Virus record (IMG/VR): IMGVR_UViG_3300025000_000055
Length of the DNA: 64,000 bases
From: a virus
Taxonomy: Duplodnaviria > Caudoviricetes
Direction: 5' to 3' (one strand)
In this document: piece after piece, positions 29,371 through 37,915 of the stretch
Layout: each line of letters starts with the position of its first letter
Numbering within the stretch: the stretch's first letter is position 1
The notes under the pieces: generated by a model
What the model was told of the DNA's origin: nothing
Databases searched by the model: none
Seen by the model: only the letters and a program-made list of their open reading frames with translations
Translations under genes and position numbers: made by a program

Positions 29371-30093
29371 CTAAATAATATTAAATTTACTATTAATAAC
29401 TTTAATTATTTTTTCAGTTATTTCTTCTCTACTTAACATTTTATACTTATCATTTTCAGACATACAATCAATTCGTTCCCAGCCACATAAATGGATGAGA
29501 GTATCTTTTATTCTATTTACAGCATATTGATGTTCTTTCTTTTCATGAATGTCATTTATATCTTTAATGTTTTCCCCACTACGACTTTCTATATTCTGTA
29601 TAACCTGTCTTATGTTAACATCTAAAAATATAACTAAATCCGGCTTAGGTAATTTAAATACCCCGTACTCAATAGATTGAATCCAATCAACATATGAATA
29701 TATTTCTCTTGCCATATTATTTAGTTGTAAGTTAGCAGACATATGTAATATATTAGAAGTTGTATATCTATCACAAATTATATTAAGCCCTTCTGTCAAT
29801 TCCTCAAAATAACTTTTAACACCATTTTTTTTATTGAATATAGTGTATATTCTATCAACAGTATAAAAACTAGATGTTTGTTTAATATATGATAATATAT
29901 TAAACCCATCATTCCTAATAAACATACCTTCTAAATATTTCCTAACTAAATAAGATGAATCATCTTTATAATTCGGAAATGATAATAATTCAGTTTTAAA
30001 TGATAAGGAATTTAATAAATTAGTTAATAATTTGGATTGGGTTTCTTTACCTGACCCATCAACACCTTCAATAACAATTAGTTTACCTTTCAT
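29371..30093 (-). CDS. tmk: Thymidylate (dNMP) kinase
   Basis: LIVIEGVDGSGKETQ, ICDRY, PKPDLVIFLD. Confidence 0.92.
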   Translation of the reverse strand: MKGKLIVIEGVDGSGKETQSKLLTNLLNSLSFKTELLSFPNYKDDSSYLVRKYLEGMFIRNDGFNILSYIKQTSSFYTVDRIYTIFNKKNGVKSYFEELTEGLNIICDRYTTSNILHMSANLQLNNMAREIYSYVDWIQSIEYGVFKLPKPDLVIFLDVNIRQVIQNIESRSGENIKDINDIHEKKEHQYAVNRIKDTLIHLCGWERIDCMSENDKYKMLSREEITEKIIKVINSKFNII

Positions 30094-30198
30094 TTTTTAC
30101 CTCCTTTTTTGGAAAAAAATAATTATAATATAGTTATCAAAAAAATTAAAAATTACTATTATAGTAATTTTTATAATGGTTTATTTATATTAGTTCAT

Positions 30199-30498
30199 CT
30201 ACACTAAAATATTTAATCTATTCATTCTATTTAATTTTCTATTAAATTCAATTATATAATATTTATAATAATCATTTTGGATGTGTGTTTCTTTATTTAA
30301 TAATGCTTTTCTTATAAATTCTAAAGCTTCTTCTTTAGTTTCAAATAATTTTGGATTATAATTATAAGACAATTTTTTAAAATTCAATTCATTTTTATAG
30401 ATGTATAACTTAGCTTGTAATACTTTACATATAGAAAAACTAATAACAGGATAACCCTCAGTATAAAATATTTGTTCAATCATATAATAATTATCCAT
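30199..30498 (-). CDS. Hypothetical protein
   Basis: 99 aa ORF. Confidence 0.7.
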   Translation of the reverse strand: MDNYYMIEQIFYTEGYPVISFSICKVLQAKLYIYKNELNFKKLSYNYNPKLFETKEEALEFIRKALLNKETHIQNDYYKYYIIEFNRKLNRMNRLNILV

Positions 30499-30515
30499 TA
30501 TTCAACAACTTCTTT

Positions 30516-30980
30516 CTATTTATACTTAATAAATAAATCTGATATATTAGTTTTAAAAATATAAAATATAAATTGTTTGATATCTAAAAGAATACTAATT
30601 CTTTTAGGTTTATTAATTCTTCTTAATAATTTAATTACTTTATCAATATTATTTTTATCTTTATTAGATATAATAGATAAATAATCTTTTATTAATAAAA
30701 GATTATTTATACTATCTGTTATTCTACATGTAAATTCATCTATACTATTATTAACAATATTTAGTTCTTCTGATGTGAGTATAAATTCATCAAATTCATT
30801 TAGCATTAATTCACTAAATGAATTTGTTAACTTTATTATTTCCTTTTTATTTGATATTTTACTAATATCAAATTCATTTATATTTTTTAAAAGAATATAT
30901 CTAATAATAAAATCTCTATCTTCTGATATAGCTATTATTTTTTTATTAATATTTTTAAGTACATAAAGTTTCATATCCAT
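30516..30980 (-). CDS. Hypothetical protein
   Basis: 154 aa ORF, SD AAGGAG. Confidence 0.7.
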   Translation of the reverse strand: MDMKLYVLKNINKKIIAISEDRDFIIRYILLKNINEFDISKISNKKEIIKLTNSFSELMLNEFDEFILTSEELNIVNNSIDEFTCRITDSINNLLLIKDYLSIISNKDKNNIDKVIKLLRRINKPKRISILLDIKQFIFYIFKTNISDLFIKYK

Positions 30981-30999
30981 ACTCCTTAAAAAATATAAA

Positions 31000-31608
31000 T
31001 TATTTACTTATAATATTAAATAAAACAGAATCATTCATGATTAAATTTATTTTATTAGACAATTCAAATATTTTTTGAAAATCACTTTCCTTAATCAATT
31101 TAATTTTTATAACAAACCTATCATTTTCATCTTCATAATAAAGAAAATCATATGATAATATTATAGCAGATAAATATTCCTTAGTTATTGTATCAATAGA
31201 ATCATATAAAGTATCAATATTAATTGCGCTTTGTATATAATTTTCTAAAAATATTATTTGAACTTTATCTAAAAATTTTACATTTATCGGATACTCTATT
31301 ATTATATCTTTAACTATTAATGATATTTCATCTTCCTCATTTTCAAACCTGTATTTATAAAAAGATTCTTCTGTTATGTTATTAATTATAAAGTCTTTCA
31401 TAAAAATATCAAAATTAAGTATATAAAAATTTTTAAATTCTGATATTTTTCTAATTAATTTCATATCATTTTTATTTTCTTTTACATATTTATGTAGTTC
31501 TTTAAAACTAAAACTCTTTCCTGATCGTTTTTCCATTTGTTCTTTTTCTAAAATACATATAGTTTTTTTAGCTAACCAATTTAAAAACTTTCCTTTGATA
31601 TTTAACAT
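31000..31608 (-). CDS. Hypothetical protein
   Basis: 202 aa ORF, coupled to the previous gene. Confidence 0.7.
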   Translation of the reverse strand: MLNIKGKFLNWLAKKTICILEKEQMEKRSGKSFSFKELHKYVKENKNDMKLIRKISEFKNFYILNFDIFMKDFIINNITEESFYKYRFENEEDEISLIVKDIIIEYPINVKFLDKVQIIFLENYIQSAINIDTLYDSIDTITKEYLSAIILSYDFLYYEDENDRFVIKIKLIKESDFQKIFELSNKINLIMNDSVLFNIISK

Positions 31609-32195
31609 TTTCCATCCTCCATTTTTTTATTTTTTATAATTGACTCTATATTAGAATCATATTCAGATAGTATTCTATAAAATTCACTTATTTGAGTAAA
31701 TACAAATGGTATTGTTATTTTAATACTATCCACTACTTCTATTTCTATATCTAAAGCTAATAAATCATATTTATTAAATATTGATTCTTGTTTTCCTTCT
31801 AATAAATCAATAGATAATATTTTAGATATATGGTCTTTAATATAAGTCAGTATAAAATGTTGTTCTATATTATTATATATTTTAATACTAATGTAATTAA
31901 ATGATATATTAAAATCTATATTTATACCATAGGTGATTGTATTACCTGATATAATTTTATCTATTCTTATATCATGAATTTTTTCATTAATAATTTTTTT
32001 GATTGTATTTATATCAATCTTTGTTTCATAATTAACATTCATTAAATAACTTAAATATGATATAATACATTTAATATCTTTTTCTGTTCTATCTATTTTG
32101 GTATTATATTTTAAATTATCGATTAAATTATCTCTTGAAAAAATTTCTAAATTATTTGTATTAACTAATTTTTTTAATTCTTCTTTAATACTCAT
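31602..32195 (-). CDS. Hypothetical protein
   Basis: 197 aa ORF. Confidence 0.7.
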   Translation of the reverse strand: MSIKEELKKLVNTNNLEIFSRDNLIDNLKYNTKIDRTEKDIKCIISYLSYLMNVNYETKIDINTIKKIINEKIHDIRIDKIISGNTITYGINIDFNISFNYISIKIYNNIEQHFILTYIKDHISKILSIDLLEGKQESIFNKYDLLALDIEIEVVDSIKITIPFVFTQISEFYRILSEYDSNIESIIKNKKMEDGKC

Positions 32196-32214
32196 TATTA
32201 ATTTACAACTCCTT

Positions 32215-32643
32215 TTAATGTAATATCACTATTGAACTATAGTCAATAAAGTTTACTTTAATTAAAAATTTAATATAATACTTTTTATTAATAAAACCTA
32301 CTTCTATTTCTTCTATTATAGAATTACCCCCTTTATCTTTTAATATATTATTGATTATTTCAATAGTTGGATATTCATTATATAATATATAATCTCGTAT
32401 TAATGTAATTGATCTATTTAATAAAATATTATTTACTATATTAGTTTCTTCACTAATTGGAAATAATATTTCTAAGCCTATTAAATAACCATCTGGTGTT
32501 TGTATTATTTTTATATCCTCTTCTTTTGTTTTTCCTAGATTGATAAAGAAATTTTTAATCAAATTACTCTTAATATTATATATAATATTATTATATAAAG
32601 AATTTATTAATAAATCATTGTTACTAGTATTTTTTATATTCAT
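32215..32643 (-). CDS. Hypothetical protein
   Basis: 142 aa ORF, SD GAGGAGG, tandem early motifs upstream. Confidence 0.75.
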   Translation of the reverse strand: MNIKNTSNNDLLINSLYNNIIYNIKSNLIKNFFINLGKTKEEDIKIIQTPDGYLIGLEILFPISEETNIVNNILLNRSITLIRDYILYNEYPTIEIINNILKDKGGNSIIEEIEVGFINKKYYIKFLIKVNFIDYSSIVILH

Positions 32644-32799
32644 ATTATCCTCCTCTTATTTTAAGTTATTTATATATTTTTATATAATATATTGTAACTT
32701 AATAAATAATATATAAATAAAATTTAGTATAAAGATATTATATCTTCTATTATGAAAATATAAGCTTTATACTAAATTTGAAATTATTTTTTTATATAA

Positions 32800-33305
32800 A
32801 AAAATAGTGTAGGTCCCTCTCCGATGGGATATTCTCAAGGGAGCAATAGGGTGCTTCGTTATATATTAGTATAATTATTCTTCATTTATGAGATTTTGGA
32901 GACAAACTAAATTTATAATTGTATTATTGTATGTTTGCATAAGAGTGTTTTTTTCATTTATATCTTTAATGTTATGCTTTATTTATATAACTTATTTATA
33001 TATAGTATATTTATTAATATTACTATTTAAAATTTATTTAAAATTAATGAACTTTATCTTCGTAATATTCTTACGTTTAATTCTTTGTTGTTAATTTTAA
33101 ATTAATCTTTTAGATTAATTGTTATTCTTTCCCTATTGCCCTTGAGCGATTTTCAATTATTACTTGTTCACACAAGTAATAATCTCAATCTTGGCCTACA
33201 ATTCACTCTCGTGAACGCCACCTTGATCCAAAATCGTCAATTTAAATTACGTAATGACATATCATTACAAATATAATTTATAATAACGATTTTGTGCACC
33301 CCTAT
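32800..33305 (-). ncRNA. Putative large structured non-coding RNA of unknown family
   Basis: GC-richer ends with long-range complementarity (33131-33146 vs 32834-32851; 33195-33200 vs 32808-32813; 33296-33302 vs 32848-32854), GAGA tetraloop, several hairpins, late motif upstream, terminator downstream. Confidence 0.6.
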
Positions 33306-33372
33306 ATTAAATCAAACATAAAGATGCATTTAATTATATGTTTATTTAAATTATTTTTTATTTGATAAAAAT

Positions 33373-34212
33373 TTAATAAAAAATAAAACCATTGTCATCA
33401 AATAATTTCATCATATTATTAATAAATTTTCTAGTCATTTTATCTTTTATTTCATAATTATTTTTAAAATATACAATGAAAATCATTGATAAATTTTTAC
33501 TATAATTATCTTGTAGTATTTCTCTAAAAGTTTTTCTCCTATTATTTTGAGATGTTTCATCCCAATTTTTTATTATTGAATATGAATATAAACCTAATTT
33601 TCTTTTACTTTTAGAAAAACCAGCTAAATGTCTAGAAAATATATAATTAGTATTAATATCACTATTCATTAATTTAAATTTATCAACTAGATTAATATAA
33701 CTATTTAAATAATAAGGTTTCTTTTTAATATTAACTATATTGAATGTAAAAAAGATTTCATTTAAATCTGATTGAGAAATAATTTTTTTATTTAAAATAA
33801 TACTATCTTCTATTATATATTTAGGATAGAAAAAACGTAAAACAGATAAGAAATTATCTAAAGATAAATCAATAATAGGTTCACCTATTTCTTTTGATTG
33901 TAAATTTATCTTAAATAATTTTTTATATTCATTGTCTTTAAATAAAGTAAAATAACGATTATTATTTAAATCCACATGACTAATCATATTATCATTTTTA
34001 TTTATTAAATATTTATCATTCATAAATAAATGAATAAATTCAATATCTCTTAATAAAGAATTAAATATAACATCTAAAGAAGGTAAACTATCTTTTAATG
34101 GCATTATAGTTATTTTATTATCTTTAATTGTATATCTCCACCATGTATAAGTTCTTCTAGTTAATCTTTTATAAGTAACAACTCTATCTAATATTGGATG
34201 TGTAAAATTCAT
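33373..34212 (-). CDS. Hypothetical protein
   Basis: 279 aa ORF with SD. Confidence 0.75.
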   Translation of the reverse strand: MNFTHPILDRVVTYKRLTRRTYTWWRYTIKDNKITIMPLKDSLPSLDVIFNSLLRDIEFIHLFMNDKYLINKNDNMISHVDLNNNRYFTLFKDNEYKKLFKINLQSKEIGEPIIDLSLDNFLSVLRFFYPKYIIEDSIILNKKIISQSDLNEIFFTFNIVNIKKKPYYLNSYINLVDKFKLMNSDINTNYIFSRHLAGFSKSKRKLGLYSYSIIKNWDETSQNNRRKTFREILQDNYSKNLSMIFIVYFKNNYEIKDKMTRKFINNMMKLFDDNGFIFY

Positions 34213-34233
34213 AATAAAACACTCCTATTAATT

Positions 34234-34671
34234 TTATAATAATATTTCCTTTGAATCTAATATATACATCATATGAATAAATTGAGATATTATCTCTCCA
34301 AGTAATTCACAATACATTTCCTCATCTTTCCAATAATAATTATTATTTACACAATTTAATGTATCTATTTTACTAATTTTTCTTATATATTGAAATATAG
34401 CATGACCACATTCATGTGTAATTATATTTATATTACATTTTTCTATAGGAATGAGCACTTCTCCAATTTTATTTAATGGGATATTACCTTTATATATCTC
34501 TAAGTCTCTACATATTGCGTTAAAATCACATTTTTCATATCCTCCCGTACTATTATAATAATTATACATTGAATCATGAGAATTAAATATAAATACTTCA
34601 TAATATTTATCAGTTTTTTTAATATGATGTGGATATATTCCAAATACTTTAATTAATCCATCAATAACCAT
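34234..34671 (-). CDS. Putative zincin metallopeptidase-like protein
   Basis: ITHECGHAIF, downstream EEMYCE. Confidence 0.6.
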   Translation of the reverse strand: MVIDGLIKVFGIYPHHIKKTDKYYEVFIFNSHDSMYNYYNSTGGYEKCDFNAICRDLEIYKGNIPLNKIGEVLIPIEKCNINIITHECGHAIFQYIRKISKIDTLNCVNNNYYWKDEEMYCELLGEIISQFIHMMYILDSKEILL

Positions 34672-34736
34672 TTATAAACCACCCTATTATAAAAAAAATA
34701 AAGAACTTATTAGAAAGTTCTTTATAAACTAAAAAG

Positions 34737-35336
34737 TTAATATATATTATTCCATATATTTATAGCTCTCAATCGTAATTCCATTGAAATATTAAAGAAG
34801 TAGGAATCACTTAAATTTTCTTTAAATAAATTGAGGTATTTAATTAAACCATTTTTCATATTACACATAAGAACCCATTGGTCTGCTGTAATTTCTCTCT
34901 GTATTGAAGAACTAAAATTTTTAGATAATTTAACACTATCATCTAAAGATGGAATTTTCTTATTTATTTCCATCCATTCAACTAACTCAGGAATTGCTAA
35001 ACCTTCTACATTCATTTCAATATGGCCAATTTCATGGGCTATTATTACATAAGCAACTTCTAAATCACTAAAAAACTTTATTACATCATATACCAATATG
35101 ATATAATCATAATTTACTTTATTTGCTTCAAATATTGTAGTCAATACCCTACTATCGATAATGTCTGTATCAATATACTTGGTATCTTCGATTAAATGCT
35201 CAGCAATTAATCTTTCCTTATTTTCAACCAATAATAACCTTAAGGATGTTTTAAAGAAACTACTATTTAATATCATTCCATTATCAGGATTATTGGGTAA
35301 ATTAAGTTCTATTGCTAATTGTTGTAATTGATTCAT
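34737..35336 (-). CDS. Putative M48-like zinc metallopeptidase
   Basis: IIAHEIGHI and REITAD. Confidence 0.7.
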   Translation of the reverse strand: MNQLQQLAIELNLPNNPDNGMILNSSFFKTSLRLLLVENKERLIAEHLIEDTKYIDTDIIDSRVLTTIFEANKVNYDYIILVYDVIKFFSDLEVAYVIIAHEIGHIEMNVEGLAIPELVEWMEINKKIPSLDDSVKLSKNFSSSIQREITADQWVLMCNMKNGLIKYLNLFKENLSDSYFFNISMELRLRAINIWNNIY

Positions 35337-35723
35337 ACTATTTCTCCCCCTAATTAATATATCATTATTTGATATATTATAATAAGTATATTTATTCCCC
35401 CTATTAGTGGAATAATATTTATTACTATATTAATAATATATACTTAATATTAATAGAAATACTAAAAAAATAAATACCTATATAATTGTAACATATACAT
35501 TTATTATTTATTCAACTTCATTAAATTTAATATCTACTGCTATATAATCAGTTCCATTTTCAATAACTTTATAAACTGTACCAGAACATATGGTATATAG
35601 CTTTTTTACCACTTCTTTAAAGTATTCATCTCTATTTTTATAACTAAAAGCAGAATGATCTGAATACAAAACATCCTTATATGATAATCTTTTTATATTA
35701 ATATAACCTTTATAAAAAAAAAT

Positions 35724-35755
35724 ATAAAGGTTGTTAAATATTTAACAACCTTTAT
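35724..35755. terminator. Perfect 32-bp palindrome, likely terminator
   Basis: ATAAAGGTTGTTAAAT-ATTTAACAACCTTTAT. Confidence 0.78.
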
Positions 35756-35775
35756 TAATAAATTATCATACACTA

Positions 35776-36204
35776 TTATTTATAGTTTAAATCACCTTCT
35801 TCCTGCTCTTCAATTGGAATAGGACAAGGTACAAAATAGCTCTCATTAAGAGTATGGATATTTAAACCCTTACATAAAAATTTACCACGTTGTCTAGCTG
35901 AAGGGATATTTACAAATTCAATAATTTTAAAACCGGAACGTAGAAGTTTCAATGCATAATTTATAGGAGCGACAATACCTATAACTTTACATTTTGTAAC
36001 CTCTTCTATCTGTTCAACAATATTATCATTAAAGATAATAGTGTGCTTTTCATGACTTGTAATACCCACACATTGCAAAGTGGCAATCTGCCCATTAGTT
36101 AATTCATGTTGACTAAACCAATGGAGTTTTTTCAAATTCATAGAGTCAATACAATTATTAAATGGTTTACTACAATCTTTTTGAAACTTACTACATATAA
36201 ACAT
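35776..36204 (-). CDS. Hypothetical protein, Csx15/Csx16-like motifs
   Basis: WFSQHELTNGQ and VIGIVAPI...G...IPSARQRGKFL. Confidence 0.45.
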   Translation of the reverse strand: MFICSKFQKDCSKPFNNCIDSMNLKKLHWFSQHELTNGQIATLQCVGITSHEKHTIIFNDNIVEQIEEVTKCKVIGIVAPINYALKLLRSGFKIIEFVNIPSARQRGKFLCKGLNIHTLNESYFVPCPIPIEEQEEGDLNYK

Positions 36205-36223
36205 TTTTTATCCCCCTTATTTT

Positions 36224-36439
36224 TTATTTAGGTTTAATAGTTAAATAATTTTTATCTATTCTACATTTATTTATTTTGGTTGTTAAATTATATTTATCAC
36301 TATCACTACAACGATAAATATAATACACAACATTTTCTAAAGAGGCTCTTTTTTCAGCCTCTATTAAAACTTCACATAAATCAGTAGAAGAAACATTTTT
36401 CTTTCTTCTATAATTTTTACCTAATAAAGAGAACTTTAT
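36224..36439 (-). CDS. 71-aa ORF with apparent AUA start (not in ORF track)
   Basis: SD AGGGGTGA, ATA start, open frame IKFSLLGKNY...TIKPK fills the gap between the early motif at 36471 and the next SD. Confidence 0.55.
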   Translation of the reverse strand: MKFSLLGKNYRRKKNVSSTDLCEVLIEAEKRASLENVVYYIYRCSDSDKYNLTTKINKCRIDKNYLTIKPK

Positions 36440-36505
36440 TTAAATCACCCCTATATTATTATATTACTTTATAATATATATTTATAAGGGTTAAATAAAC
36501 TAAAA

Positions 36506-36910
36506 TTAAAGTGATAAAATTTTTAAATAATTTTCAAAAGATTTATGATCTAATAATAAAGCTAAGTTATCAAAATTATTATTAATAATATCCGTTAATT
36601 TCCAATCATCTATACGAATATTATAAAAAGTTCTAGAATACAATACAAAATCAGCATAATCACCTTTTTTAAGACTATCTAAAGATATAATTTCTGTACT
36701 AAAATTATGAAAAGATAAACCGTTAATATTATCATTAATTTTACTCATAGATAAAGATGTAAATCTACTAAGTAAAATATTTGCAAGTTTACTACTACAT
36801 TCAGGTATATATTTTATTTCTCGTTTACTGAGTTTCATTTCTCCACTAATACATAATTGATTTTCATTACTAAAAACAACTTTAGTATTTCTAATATACA
36901 TTGAATTCAC
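36506..36910 (-). CDS. Hypothetical protein
   Basis: 134 aa ORF, early motif upstream. Confidence 0.7.
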   Translation of the reverse strand: MNSMYIRNTKVVFSNENQLCISGEMKLSKREIKYIPECSSKLANILLSRFTSLSMSKINDNINGLSFHNFSTEIISLDSLKKGDYADFVLYSRTFYNIRIDDWKLTDIINNNFDNLALLLDHKSFENYLKILSL

Positions 36911-36960
36911 TCCTATTCCTCTATTTTATTTTTCATTATAATAATATATATTCTTATTCA

Positions 36961-37644
36961 TTAATATTTTTTTCTTCCTATGTACATTATTAGACCATAA
37001 TACCCACCTGTCATTCTTTTTGGTTCTTTTATATATAGATCATTTAATGCAATAATTTCAAAATCACTAAAATATTTTTTCATTTCATTTTTAGTAATAG
37101 GTATTTGTTTAAAATTTAAATAATTAATATCATTTTTTGATAATTCCTTATTTGATAACATTTTATTTTTTTGATTAATATTAAATATTGGATCATTTTC
37201 AGAAAGTGTATTAATAAGAACTATCCCATTATAAATTAAACCATTCTTAATATTATTTATAAGTTTTTCAATATTATTTTTTGATAAATAAGATATTGTC
37301 ATTGAGCATATAATTAATGAATATGTATTTATAGGTATATTAAAAGATGTTATATCCTCTGTTTTAAATACACATCTAGAATTACGATATTTGTTTTCAA
37401 GTTCCTTAATTATAACATTAGATATATCTATACCTTCAATTGAAAATCCATTTTTTAATAGAAAATCTACGTTTCTACCAATACCTATTCCTAATTCAAG
37501 TACTTTTCCTATAGGAATATATTTTAAATATTCTTGTAATAATATATCTGGAATAGGCTCAAAATAATGATTCCCAGTAGTATAAATATTGTTATAATGG
37601 TTTTTAATATTATTTATTTCATTTCCATCTGATAATGAAAACAT
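36961..37644 (-). CDS. Class I SAM-dependent methyltransferase (TehB-like)
   Basis: VLELGIGIGRN, GIDIS, LIICS, GIVLI. Confidence 0.85.
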   Translation of the reverse strand: MFSLSDGNEINNIKNHYNNIYTTGNHYFEPIPDILLQEYLKYIPIGKVLELGIGIGRNVDFLLKNGFSIEGIDISNVIIKELENKYRNSRCVFKTEDITSFNIPINTYSLIICSMTISYLSKNNIEKLINNIKNGLIYNGIVLINTLSENDPIFNINQKNKMLSNKELSKNDINYLNFKQIPITKNEMKKYFSDFEIIALNDLYIKEPKRMTGGYYGLIMYIGRKKY

Positions 37645-37915
37645 TGAAAACAGCTCCTTTTAAATTAAATTTTTTTCTCTAATTAAAAGTTGTTGAACAA
37701 ATAATTAATGACTAATTTTATTAAATTTTTCAGGAGGTTATTGATGACAAATGGTTGGACATCTGCTCAATAATAACAAACCTTTAACCTTACTTAATTC
37801 TAAGTTATTAATTTAGAATGTAAGGATTATTTTTTACCACACTCGTATGAGTAAAATACCTGTTCACCAACATCTTTATAATAAAAAATTATAAGGAAGG
37901 GTTGGTGAACAGGTT

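Noticed and set aside
32888-33094. 68-aa hydrophobic plus-strand ORF as a type I toxin
   Set aside because: No SD, and its composition is what the T-rich complement of an A-rich loop would give; the GNRA loop and flanking signals favour the minus strand. Not fully excluded.
32800-33305. tmRNA, RNase P RNA or group II intron identity for the structured element
   Set aside because: No T-arm or CCA end, no GAGGAAAGUCC, no domain V; the 5' GGGG and 3' CCUACACUA resemblances are only superficial.
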